A DNA stretch of 34,226 bases from a virus (taxonomy: Duplodnaviria; Caudoviricetes). Under the pieces are notes generated by a model that saw only the letters and a program-made list of their open reading frames with translations, had not been told where the DNA came from and did no database searches. A program made the translations under genes and the position numbers. Shown in pieces: positions 25,219 to 34,226 of this stretch. The stretch lies in the IMG/VR virus record IMGVR_UViG_3300022837_000037, positions 1 through 34,226 of that record, one strand, 5' to 3'. Within the stretch, counting starts at the first letter, position 1. Each line of letters begins with the position of its first letter.

Positions 25219-25610
25219 TGGCGAACGTAAGACTGGTTTGGAGACAACCAGTAATTGACAACTACCTAAACTCTCCTGGTGGACAAGTTGGGCGATACCT
25301 AAAAGGGCAAGGCCGTAAGGTTACAGCTGCTGCTAGGGCCCAAGTTGGGGTAAAAACGGGGCAGTTGCGCTCATCGATTCACATGCGTCACATGCGAGAT
25401 TCCCGAGGTCAATATCTAAAGATTGGCTCCTCTGTAAAGTATGCCTACATGCATCACGAGGGCACTAAGCCCCATTTAATCCTCCCTAAAGGGCCGAATA
25501 CCCACTTGAGGTTCTTTAGCAAGGGCGTAATTGTTTTTGCCCCTCTAGTAAGGCATCCTGGAACAAAGCCAAATCGCTATTTATCAGACAATCTAAAGTT
25601 GATAAGATAG
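25218..25610 (+). CDS. HK97 gp10-like neck protein
   Basis: Basic 130 aa; VKTGQLRSSI, YAYMHHEGTKPH, VRHPGTKPNRYL motifs; TAATG coupling. Confidence 0.75.
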   Translation: MANVRLVWRQPVIDNYLNSPGGQVGRYLKGQGRKVTAAARAQVGVKTGQLRSSIHMRHMRDSRGQYLKIGSSVKYAYMHHEGTKPHLILPKGPNTHLRFFSKGVIVFAPLVRHPGTKPNRYLSDNLKLIR

Positions 25611-25668
25611 ATAGTAGTAAGGACGCACTGCATTAGTTGTGCGTAAATGACATAGACAAGGAAGAAGT

Positions 25669-26007
25669 ATGACGAATAGATTTAAGGACTTCGGTGCTGG
25701 CTCAGCTGTCACAGATACGCCTGTTTCGTTTAAGCTCCACGGAGAAGATTTCGAGTGTTACCCAGCTTTGCAGGGTAAGATGCTCCTCGACTTAGTGGCT
25801 AACTCAGACGAAAACGACGGAGCTGCAATAGCCAAAACTATTGACTCGTTTTTCAAGGCTGTCCTCGTAGAGGAGAGCTATGCCCGTTTCGACATCCTAT
25901 TGAGGGACCCTATCCGCATTGTCTCAGTTGAGACGCTTGGTGAAATCACCTCATGGCTCGTAGAGGAGTATTCAAGCCGCCCTACGGCGGGGCCAGAGGA
26001 CTTGTAG
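25669..26007 (+). CDS. tail assembly chaperone (gpG-like)
   Basis: 112 aa acidic ORF two genes upstream of tape measure; ends WLVEEYSSRPT. Confidence 0.75.
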   Translation: MTNRFKDFGAGSAVTDTPVSFKLHGEDFECYPALQGKMLLDLVANSDENDGAAIAKTIDSFFKAVLVEESYARFDILLRDPIRIVSVETLGEITSWLVEEYSSRPTAGPEDL

Positions 26008-26417
26008 AGTGGGCAATTGACCTCTGGCCTTATATAAACGGAAAAGCCCTTGTGCAAGGCATAAACCTTAAAGAAATGGAACTGTCAGACATGTTAGATG
26101 TTATTCACTACTTCTTCGAAGAAGATTTAGTGGTCAGCTCCTCTGAAGAAGCCGAAGCCAAAACACAAATACGTTCCGTTATGTATAGGGACCTGTATGG
26201 AACTACGTATAAGTACGGAGTCAATAATACAGGACAAAGCTATAATATGAGTGATGACACCCTTCCTTCGGATGGGTTGATGGGAAGCACCGACGAAGTG
26301 ATTCCTGACCCAATGCAGCAAAAGCGTCCCACAAGGGCGTATACACCGACAACAGACTTTGATGCGGATAGTCCGCTTCCATTTGGGCGGGTCCTAGACC
26401 AGCCTGAAAGTCGTTAG
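25953..26417 (+). CDS. tail assembly chaperone second ORF (gpT-like), probably expressed by -1 frameshift
   Basis: Overlaps the upstream ORF in the -1 frame and ends just before the tape measure gene. True start uncertain. Confidence 0.65.
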   Translation: MARRGVFKPPYGGARGLVEWAIDLWPYINGKALVQGINLKEMELSDMLDVIHYFFEEDLVVSSSEEAEAKTQIRSVMYRDLYGTTYKYGVNNTGQSYNMSDDTLPSDGLMGSTDEVIPDPMQQKRPTRAYTPTTDFDADSPLPFGRVLDQPESR

Positions 26418-26436
26418 AAGAAGGGGGTGAGAGCGT

Positions 26437-29400
26437 ATGGCAGTAGTAGGTGATGCATATGTAGTAGTACGCGCTCTCACCGCTGGATTCAAAAAGCAAG
26501 TCGAACGTGACCTGAGCGGCATGGGCAGCATCGGGGATAGAGCTGGTAGGGACCTAGGAGACGGAGTAAACAAAGGTCTCAACAGAAACAAGATAGGCTC
26601 TGGATTAAGTGCAAATTTTCTTTCAGAGATTGAAGCAGCCCGAGTAAAGTTCCGTAACTTAAACATAGCCTCATTTGCTCTTGTTCCTGCAATTGGTGCA
26701 GTAGTCGGTATCATCGGTAGCCTCGTCAGCGGATTGGTTGTACTGGGTGCGGTTCTTGGAAACGTAGCCAGAGGCTCAATCGTATTCGTCGCGGCCTTAG
26801 GTAGCTTAGCTCAGGCTGCAATCGTGGCTAAAGTGGCCTTTAGAGGCGTAAGCGATGCCCTTTCAGCTGGCTTGAAGGCACAAAAAGCGGCGGCGGACAA
26901 CAGTGATGCACAAGCGGCAGCCGCTAGGCGCCTCCGTGACGCCAGATTATCTCTTAAGAGGCTACTAGAAGAAGAAAAGCCTGAAGCCCTTGCAGCAGCA
27001 CGTGAGAGGGCTGTCAGAGCCGAAGAAGCGGCTGCTGACGCATTGCTCGGGACCGAAAGAGCTACTAGAACTTATAATCAAGCACAAAAGAACTCTCTCA
27101 ATGCTCTCGAGGACCTCAACGAGGCTCGTGATGACGCCAGAGAAAAGATACAGCAACTTCGTTTTGAGGTTGAGGGTGGTGCTATCTCAGAGAAAAAGGC
27201 TCGCCTTGCCTTTGAAAAGTCTCGCGACTCCTTGCAAAGAGTTCAGGACCTCCCACCGAACTCCAGAGCACGCCAAGAAGCAGAGCTTGCCTTTGCAGAA
27301 GCCGAGCTAAACCTCCGCAAGGCTATTGACAACAACTCAGACCTCAAAAAAGAATCAGAAGCATCTACGAAAGCTGGCGTTGAGGGGTCTAAGCAAGTTG
27401 TTAAGGCTAAAGAAGATATTGCACAGGCCCAGCAGGCCGAACTTGACTCTGGGCTTGCCGCTGCTAGGGCAATTAGAGATGCAAGCAGGGCCACGGAAGA
27501 CGCCGCTAAGGCAGCAGCTGACGCTGGTGCTGGCGGAACCGTAGAGCGTGACTTAAACAGAAGAGTTGCTGCTGCTAGAGAGCAAGTTCAACTTGCTCAG
27601 CAGGCCGCGTCAAAAGCTGCTTCAGGCGGAATTGACGAGTATCGAAACGCACTAGAAAAGCTTTCACCAGAGGCTCAGAGCTTTGTTGAGTTCCTGATTG
27701 AGCAACAAAAAGCCTTTGATTCTCTCCGTGACGCTGCTGGACGACAGCTCTTTCCGAAGCTTGAAGAGTCTCTGACAATAATTATTGGGAAGTTCAAAGA
27801 ACTAGAGCCTCTCTTCGAAGAAACAGGCGGCATTCTTGGGGACTTGGCTGTTACTTTTGCTAAGACATTTTTCCAAGGCGAGAACTTTGAAAGACTAAAA
27901 GCTGTTTGGTCTACTAACAATACCCTTCTAGGAAACCTTGGTCAAACAGTTATAAACCTCCTAGAAGGATTTTTAGTTCTTCTAGCTGCCGCAGAGCCGC
28001 TGATTACTACTTTCGGGGACTGGGCGCGGAACACCAGCGCAGCTTGGAAAGAAACTAAAAAATTAGAAGAGACCAATGGAACGCTAGCTAGGACTTTTGA
28101 AGGGGTTCAGACCAAAGTAACGCTTCTAAAAGACACTTTTGGGGCTTTAAAAGATGCTTTTGGGCTAATTGGAGAAGTTATCAATGCTCCAGGAGGGCCT
28201 GGAGAGCAGCTTCTTACATACTTTAAGACCTCAGCCGAATCTTTTAAAGCCTTTATTACCACGGGGGAAGACGACGGTTCTCTAAAAACCTTCTTTACAA
28301 ACTCGGTCACAAACTTTACAAAAATCCTAGACGTAATTGGGAAAATAATAGGCGGATTCTTAACTCTTGGTGCCTCTCCTGGAGTTGGGCAATTTATAAC
28401 GTCAATAGAAAAAGTCACTGACTCTTTTAATCTGATTGGCGATGAAATTGGAAAAGAAGACGGTGCTATCGCACAGTTGGGTATTTTCCTAGAAGAGTTC
28501 GCCCTACTAATAAAAAACTTAACAGACAGCGGTGCGATTCAGGCCTTTTTCTCGACCCTAACTGGCGCTCTACAAATTGTAAACGCTATTCTTTCAAACG
28601 AAATAGTCCAGAGTGTTCTAAAGTTTGTTGGATTCCTTTTTGGAATTGTAACAGCGGTTGGAAGAATAATCGCTGTGGTTAAATTCCTTGGCAAAGCGTT
28701 TCTAGGAAATCTTGCGCTAATTCTAGGTCCAAAAGGTTTTCTAGCACTGACAACATTTTTTAAGCTTCTCCCATTAAAACTTAAAATTATGTATATGAGT
28801 ATTCTTCCTGGAGTTAAGGTGTTCTTCCTCACGAGGTTTTTACCTTTCCTAGCTACAGTGGCTGTTAATATTCTTAAATTCCTTGGCGGCCCTTGGGGTC
28901 TTCTCATCGGCGTGGTTGTGACATCCATCCTCTTTATTGTTAAGTACTGGGACGAGATTGTTGCCTTTTTCAAAGAGACAAGTGCAAAAATCGGTGAGTT
29001 TTTTGGCGAAGCATGGGCTTTTATAAAAGACGCTTTCTTTAATATCTGGCAGGCAATTTTAGATTACTGGAACAACACCGTCTTACCATTCTTTGCAAAC
29101 CTTGGCAAAACCATAGGTGACGCTGCTAAAGCAGCTTTTGATTGGTTCTTAAACTTCTTTAAGGACGCTTGGCAGGGGTTCTTAAGCTTCTTCACTACCA
29201 CTATTCCCAGCTGGTTTAAAGGCTTGGGCAAGCTAATCTCAAACGCGGCTGGGAACATTTTTGCGTTCTTTAGTGACTTGTTTAAAGACGCCTTTAACGG
29301 GGTAAAAAACTACTTTAATAACACCCTCATCCCGTTCTTTAAAGACCTACCAGCTAAAATAGGAGCAGCTGCAGCAGGACTTTGGGATTGGCTCAAGGAT

Positions 29401-29802
29401 AGTTTTAAGAGTGCTCTTAACTTCATAATCGATAAATGGAATAACTTTAGCCTAGACATCCGAATTCCTACGAACTTTATATCCAAAGCTCTAGGTGTTG
29501 CTGGCTTAGGATTTACGATTGACACTCCTAATATCCCCCGTTTGGCTGCTGGTGGCATAGTTCCTGCTACGCGAGGCGGGATGATGGCAGTTATCGGAGA
29601 AGGTGGCCGTTCAGAGCGAGTAGAGCCTCTTGATAAAGACGGGCTGTCTACCCGTGACAAAGCAATGATTAGGCTTTTATCTGGTGGCGCTGGTGGAGGC
29701 TCTACAATCAACGTTTACCCATCCGCAGGGATGAACGAGCGCGAGCTTGCCGAGCTTGTCTCTCGCAGGTTAGCTTTCGAGCTTAGGAGAGGCGCAGTCT
29801 AA
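26437..29802 (+). CDS. tape measure protein
   Basis: 1121 aa; MAVVGDAYVVV start, Ala-rich coiled coil, hydrophobic segments, periodic W/F repeats, C-terminal LAAGGIV..GEGG..E motif. Confidence 0.92.
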   Translation: MAVVGDAYVVVRALTAGFKKQVERDLSGMGSIGDRAGRDLGDGVNKGLNRNKIGSGLSANFLSEIEAARVKFRNLNIASFALVPAIGAVVGIIGSLVSGLVVLGAVLGNVARGSIVFVAALGSLAQAAIVAKVAFRGVSDALSAGLKAQKAAADNSDAQAAAARRLRDARLSLKRLLEEEKPEALAAARERAVRAEEAAADALLGTERATRTYNQAQKNSLNALEDLNEARDDAREKIQQLRFEVEGGAISEKKARLAFEKSRDSLQRVQDLPPNSRARQEAELAFAEAELNLRKAIDNNSDLKKESEASTKAGVEGSKQVVKAKEDIAQAQQAELDSGLAAARAIRDASRATEDAAKAAADAGAGGTVERDLNRRVAAAREQVQLAQQAASKAASGGIDEYRNALEKLSPEAQSFVEFLIEQQKAFDSLRDAAGRQLFPKLEESLTIIIGKFKELEPLFEETGGILGDLAVTFAKTFFQGENFERLKAVWSTNNTLLGNLGQTVINLLEGFLVLLAAAEPLITTFGDWARNTSAAWKETKKLEETNGTLARTFEGVQTKVTLLKDTFGALKDAFGLIGEVINAPGGPGEQLLTYFKTSAESFKAFITTGEDDGSLKTFFTNSVTNFTKILDVIGKIIGGFLTLGASPGVGQFITSIEKVTDSFNLIGDEIGKEDGAIAQLGIFLEEFALLIKNLTDSGAIQAFFSTLTGALQIVNAILSNEIVQSVLKFVGFLFGIVTAVGRIIAVVKFLGKAFLGNLALILGPKGFLALTTFFKLLPLKLKIMYMSILPGVKVFFLTRFLPFLATVAVNILKFLGGPWGLLIGVVVTSILFIVKYWDEIVAFFKETSAKIGEFFGEAWAFIKDAFFNIWQAILDYWNNTVLPFFANLGKTIGDAAKAAFDWFLNFFKDAWQGFLSFFTTTIPSWFKGLGKLISNAAGNIFAFFSDLFKDAFNGVKNYFNNTLIPFFKDLPAKIGAAAAGLWDWLKDSFKSALNFIIDKWNNFSLDIRIPTNFISKALGVAGLGFTIDTPNIPRLAAGGIVPATRGGMMAVIGEGGRSERVEPLDKDGLSTRDKAMIRLLSGGAGGGSTINVYPSAGMNERELAELVSRRLAFELRRGAV

Positions 29803-32174
29803 TGGTTTACACACAAGGACAAGAAAACTTTTCAGTAGACAGAGGGCTACAAGAGCTCTTTAGCCCAGACATTGGCCGCCTAAAGCTTGACGCAAACATT
29901 GTCCTTGGGGACTTTATCCTCAACACCCTAGACTCTGAAGGAGTTGTTTGGGTAGTTACTGACATTCCAGGATGGTGGGAAGCACCTAGAGCAGATGTGC
30001 CAGACATTCCTAGAGGCTTTGGTGATGGTTCGTATGAAGTACGAGGGCGCTACAACTCACGGAGCTTTTCTATTCGAGGCTCTTTCTTAGTCCCAAAACC
30101 AGCACTCGTTGAGGCCGCTCGTGACAGGCTTATTGCAGCTACCGCTAACTTGGCAAGAACTGGCGTTTGGTTTAAAACAGGCAGCGACCCAATTAGAGCA
30201 GCGTATGTAACGCTAAACGGCGACATCTCGATTGAGACTGAAAACCTTAGAGGCAGAACCAACTTTGAAATCGGGCTTCGTGCTGCCGACCCTATTAAGT
30301 ATGCGTGGAACGACGCAAGCCCAGATGGATACGCTTTCGCTGAGGTTCCAGTTAGAAACTCCGCAACTGGTGTTAGTGGGCTAGGTACGATTACCAATAT
30401 TGGAAACTACTCGGTGCCTTGCTTCCTAGAGGTGTCAGGTCCGTTTGCTGGTCCAGGAACTATTTTCAACAGAGCAACTGAAGAGCTCATCATTTTGACT
30501 CAGGGGTTGAAAGGTCCAATCTCTCGCACCGTAGTTAACAAGCAGCTCACTTTCAACCTAGCTACGCTAAAAGACATTGCCACACTTACCACCACTGAGG
30601 CTCATGGATTCTCTGTAGGAGATAGCGTTTATGTCTCAGGAATCGACGCACCCTTTGACGGGGACAACCTCATCACAGCTGTGCCTACTGACACAACTTT
30701 CAATTACGAAGCAGACGCTGCTTCTATCATCCCTGTAGCTTTCAAGTCTTTGTCAGCGGGTTTTGCTACTATAAAAACGACCGAACCTCACGGGCTAGTC
30801 ACAGGTAGTTCCATAGTTGTGAACGGCGTGGATTCAGTGTTTGACGGCGTGCACACAATCACATCTACTCCTGCTGCTAATTCTTTGCAGTTCTCCAAAA
30901 CTCGTATTCCTCCGAGGAGCGTTATCTCGGCATCGTTAATTTCCAACATTGCAACAATTAACACTTCTGACGTTCATCAGTTCATTCTTGGAGAAACCGT
31001 CACAATAACTGGCGTTGGGACTAACTACAACGGAACATTCGAAGTTACTGCAATTCCGTCCCCTACTTCTTTTAGTTACGCTTCTACCAGAACTAACGCT
31101 CGAACTATTATCAAAAAACAAATGGTACAAGACACTGTCATTTTGACAACTTCAGCTCCCCACGGGTTTGTTCCTGGCGAAAACGTAAATGTCACTGGAG
31201 TCGACTTATCTCTAAATGGTGGTTACACAATTGGCGCTACCTACCTCCCCACGGATTTTGGTTACCGCAGAGTCAGAACTACCCAAAAAACAATTGTGAC
31301 CAAAGCAAGGTCTAACAACGTTGCAACCTTAACTGCGTCTCAGTCGCACGGTTTTGTGGTTGGAGAGAAGGTTGTTGTAGAGGGTGCTGGTGGTGGTGGT
31401 ACTGGAGACTTTAACGGAACGCATACAATTACCAGCCTCCCCAGTTCGACCACCTTTACTTTTTCCAACAGCGGGTCTAATCAAGTCTCAACCACCATAC
31501 CCACTGGCGGTACAGCTAGAGCTGGAAGCCGAAAGATTGCTTCCATCCTTTTAGCTGGAAACGTTATAACCATAACTACCCGAGATAGCCACGGTGCGAT
31601 TTTTGGCGAACAAATTACAATTACGGGGGTAGGTGCTCCTTTTGATGGAACCTACACTATCTCCGCTATTCCTTTTCTAAATGTTTTGGAGTGCCAAAAG
31701 ACGGCGGCCAACGTTGCTCTCATTTCGTACCCAGTAAACGAAGAAACAGGAGCAACCGCCGATGTCTTTGTCGAGCTCTCAGGGGCAATTTCCTTGGTGA
31801 ATGTTACACCTAACGGGCAAGCAGAGGTAGGTGGAAGTCTTCCTTTGACTGCTACGGGCGGCACAGCAACTATTTCGGACACAATCCCAGAAACGTTTAC
31901 TGGTGGAAACGTTATTAAAACTCAGAACGTTCAGTTCACTCCTGGACTATCGGGAGCAACCGCAATTGTTTCGGCAGACATCCTTGAGATTGACACCCAA
32001 AACCGCGAGGTAGCTTTCAACGGAGAAGTTGAGGGAGCAAGAGGCAGAGTCGATGTATTGGCTAACTTCATAAAACTAGCTCCTGGAGATAATGAGTTAG
32101 AATTTATTGACTCAGGTAACCCAGAGGGTGAGACATCTCTTCGAGTCTATTACCGCTCTGGATGGCTCGGCTAA
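29802..32174 (+). CDS. distal tail (Dit-like) protein with six inserted beta-repeat domains
   Basis: Follows tape measure; GWW..GDG, LRAADPIKY, NIGNY and C-terminal LEID..KLAPGDNEL..YRSGW frame, interrupted by six T-x-x-x-H-G-F-x-x-G..V.G..FNG..IT..P..F repeats (~30530-31695). Confidence 0.8.
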   Translation: MVYTQGQENFSVDRGLQELFSPDIGRLKLDANIVLGDFILNTLDSEGVVWVVTDIPGWWEAPRADVPDIPRGFGDGSYEVRGRYNSRSFSIRGSFLVPKPALVEAARDRLIAATANLARTGVWFKTGSDPIRAAYVTLNGDISIETENLRGRTNFEIGLRAADPIKYAWNDASPDGYAFAEVPVRNSATGVSGLGTITNIGNYSVPCFLEVSGPFAGPGTIFNRATEELIILTQGLKGPISRTVVNKQLTFNLATLKDIATLTTTEAHGFSVGDSVYVSGIDAPFDGDNLITAVPTDTTFNYEADAASIIPVAFKSLSAGFATIKTTEPHGLVTGSSIVVNGVDSVFDGVHTITSTPAANSLQFSKTRIPPRSVISASLISNIATINTSDVHQFILGETVTITGVGTNYNGTFEVTAIPSPTSFSYASTRTNARTIIKKQMVQDTVILTTSAPHGFVPGENVNVTGVDLSLNGGYTIGATYLPTDFGYRRVRTTQKTIVTKARSNNVATLTASQSHGFVVGEKVVVEGAGGGGTGDFNGTHTITSLPSSTTFTFSNSGSNQVSTTIPTGGTARAGSRKIASILLAGNVITITTRDSHGAIFGEQITITGVGAPFDGTYTISAIPFLNVLECQKTAANVALISYPVNEETGATADVFVELSGAISLVNVTPNGQAEVGGSLPLTATGGTATISDTIPETFTGGNVIKTQNVQFTPGLSGATAIVSADILEIDTQNREVAFNGEVEGARGRVDVLANFIKLAPGDNELEFIDSGNPEGETSLRVYYRSGWLG

Positions 32175-32196
32175 CACAATACTTAAAGGACATTAA

Positions 32197-34194
32197 ATGA
32201 CTATCGAGACACAGGTTGAATACCGTTACTTCCTAACTGACCTACTCAGCAATGATGTAATTTCTGAGGTCCCGTTTAAAGGCGTTTCCTACGAAAGAGC
32301 AAACCGCAGAGCTGGAGCTTTTAGCGGAAGCATCCCATTTATTGAGTCCACTAAAGGACTAAACCTTTACGAATCAACTATGCCTGGTCGAACAGGGATA
32401 TACATTATGCGAAACGACGTCTGTGTTTGGGGTGGGATAATTTGGTCTCGGTCGTACGACGCGGTCAGCGAGACTCTAAGCGTCAACGGCGCTGAGTTTA
32501 TGAGCTACTTTTACCACAGGAACATCTGGCAGACAATTCAGTACGGCTCTGACTTTATCGGGGTCTCCACGTTTTCCGTGGCATCAGGCGTAGGGACTAT
32601 AGTTACCGAGTTTCCTCAGGGATTCGCCGTTGGACAAAAAATAGCTGTGTCTTTCACAAGTCCTATTGTTGATGGTGTCCAAACAATTACGCAGATTAAT
32701 TCAACGACTAGCTTTAGCTTTAAAACAACTTCTGGAGATGGCAGCGGGTCCAGTACAAGCGGAGCGGTACGTAGCCTAGTTGACACCTACGATTTTGCTA
32801 GAGACCTTATCTTTCAAACCTCCAAAGACCTAAGCGGCTTTAATTTTGCTAACGAAGTAATTAAACCAGCTAAAGAGCTTCAAGCAGAAATTGTATCTAA
32901 ATTACGGTCAGCTGGTGTAGTGACCCTACAAACAGGCGAGGACCACAGCATAATTGCGGGTCAAGAGATAGAACTAGTTCAAATTGATTCAGAGTTAGAC
33001 GGGTTTCACATAATCTCAGAAGTTCCAAATAATCGGACTATTAGATTTTTACTTGACGGGCCAGCGATTCCTCTTTCGTCTGTGCCTGGTATCCGCACGC
33101 AAAACGTGGAAAGCAAGCAGCTTTTAGATAACGTAGCAACCCTCACCCTTGACGATGCGCACAATGCAACAGTTGGGCAGACAGTAATTGTTACAGGCGT
33201 GGACGCCTTCTTCACTGGGAGACTAGATACAACATTTAACGGACGTTTCACAATTATAGATGTCCCTAGCCCAAACAGTTTTAGCTTTAGCTCGGGGGGC
33301 ATCTTAAATGTTGGCCCAGAGGGTGTTGCAGGTGGCATTGCTCTATTTGGGTCCAAAGTAATTTACGGGGACTATGGAAGCTACACAGCTAATGCCGATA
33401 TCGGGATTGACTTTGAAAATTTAGATAAGAGCGGTTATTACCAAGATACTCAAATCTTGAGAGGCTTTGAGCAGAAGACTGTTGGAGAGATACTCGAGCA
33501 GTACTCCAACACAGTTGAGGGTGGGTTCGAGTATCGCATTGACTGCGACTACAATTTCGATACCGCAACTTTTAGTAGAACATTCAGGCTCTTTCCTATC
33601 AGCCTTGCTGAGGCCCCGCCAGAGGGGGAAATTTACCCAGTCACTGCTTTTGGTGCTGAAAGACTGGTGTTTGAGTATCCTGGAAACATACTTAGTTTTA
33701 GTGTTGAGGAGTCCGCAGAGGACGCCGCTACTAGGTTCTTTGTAGTTGGCAGCATCGAGGACCTAAGCGATGACGCTAGCCAACCCTATGCAGGAGCCGC
33801 GGACCGCACTATGTTAGCTAACCCCAACGGGAGAAGCTGGCCTTTGATTGACTTAGCAGAACAGTTAGACGAAATTGAAGACGAGTTATCTCTTCACGCT
33901 TACGCTCGGGACTATTTGTTTGAGTCTCGTCCTCCTGTTGGGGTGTACAACGTAGTTGTTAATGGCTCGCTTTATCCACAGGTTGGGACATTTTTTCCAG
34001 GCCAGTGGTGCTCAATTATTGTCGACGATGAGTTTGTAAAACAGCGGCTAGCAAGCGACCAAGAGCCTCGAAGTGACATTCTTATCCGCAAGATTGATTC
34101 GTACTCGGTAGTTATACCCGACGGCGTCCCAATTCCTGAAGAAGTCCAACTTAGATTAGTAACAGATTGGAAGGTAGACCAACGTGGCAACTAG
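32197..34194 (+). CDS. minor tail / baseplate hub protein with three beta-repeat insertions
   Basis: YRYFLTDLLS..GAFSG..CVWGGIIW..EFMSYF, GGFEYRID, FEYPGNI motifs typical of actinophage minor tail proteins; three copies of the repeat. Confidence 0.75.
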   Translation: MTIETQVEYRYFLTDLLSNDVISEVPFKGVSYERANRRAGAFSGSIPFIESTKGLNLYESTMPGRTGIYIMRNDVCVWGGIIWSRSYDAVSETLSVNGAEFMSYFYHRNIWQTIQYGSDFIGVSTFSVASGVGTIVTEFPQGFAVGQKIAVSFTSPIVDGVQTITQINSTTSFSFKTTSGDGSGSSTSGAVRSLVDTYDFARDLIFQTSKDLSGFNFANEVIKPAKELQAEIVSKLRSAGVVTLQTGEDHSIIAGQEIELVQIDSELDGFHIISEVPNNRTIRFLLDGPAIPLSSVPGIRTQNVESKQLLDNVATLTLDDAHNATVGQTVIVTGVDAFFTGRLDTTFNGRFTIIDVPSPNSFSFSSGGILNVGPEGVAGGIALFGSKVIYGDYGSYTANADIGIDFENLDKSGYYQDTQILRGFEQKTVGEILEQYSNTVEGGFEYRIDCDYNFDTATFSRTFRLFPISLAEAPPEGEIYPVTAFGAERLVFEYPGNILSFSVEESAEDAATRFFVVGSIEDLSDDASQPYAGAADRTMLANPNGRSWPLIDLAEQLDEIEDELSLHAYARDYLFESRPPVGVYNVVVNGSLYPQVGTFFPGQWCSIIVDDEFVKQRLASDQEPRSDILIRKIDSYSVVIPDGVPIPEEVQLRLVTDWKVDQRGN

Positions 34195-34226
34195 AAGAAG
34201 AGCAAGCAGAAGCTCACTTACGGGAA
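34184..34226 (+). CDS. probable start of next gene (partial)
   Basis: GTG at 34184 overlaps the previous gene's end and reads MATRRRASRSSLTG, open to the window edge. Confidence 0.35.
   Translation, partial: MATRRRASRSSLTG

Noticed and set aside
25623-25644. Short inverted repeat ACGCAC...GTGCGT before the tail chaperone
   Set aside because: Only a 6-bp stem with no U-tract; insufficient to call a terminator.
1-34226. CRISPR array, tRNA, DGR or stop-codon reassignment
   Set aside because: No regularly spaced repeats, cloverleaf or reverse transcriptase seen. Intergenic gaps are small, and TAA, TAG and TGA all end genes with dense standard-code coverage.

Overview
A 34-kb, all-plus-strand, tightly coupled virion morphogenesis operon of a tailed dsDNA (siphovirus-type) phage. 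Its portal, protease, two capsid proteins and tail tube resemble, from recall, the mycobacteriophage cluster B architecture, so an actinobacterial host is likely. Gene order: partial HTH gene, two small ORFs, DUF1360-like membrane protein, portal, a 392-aa multi-motif head-associated protein, a giant ~3200-aa protein, two small acidic ORFs, a 1635-aa multi-domain prohead protease, scaffold-fused major capsid, second capsid protein, major tail, head-tail adaptor and neck genes, tail chaperone pair, tape measure and two minor tail proteins. The standout is the giant protein between portal and protease. It carries motifs for a DEDDh 3'-5' exonuclease, a MutT3-like Nudix hydrolase, a HipA/PI3-4-kinase-like fold, a WYL-like domain, SH3/KOW-like repeats and a possible C-terminal ADP-ribosyltransferase-like fold. 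Other signals: a recurring [LIVMF]-x-A-[AS] motif at domain boundaries of the head proteins (candidate protease sites), modules shared between head proteins, an apparently nested repeat architecture in the distal tail protein, a structured leader upstream of the capsid gene, and apparent absence of GATC and CCGG. All family assignments come from motif recognition by eye, not database searches.
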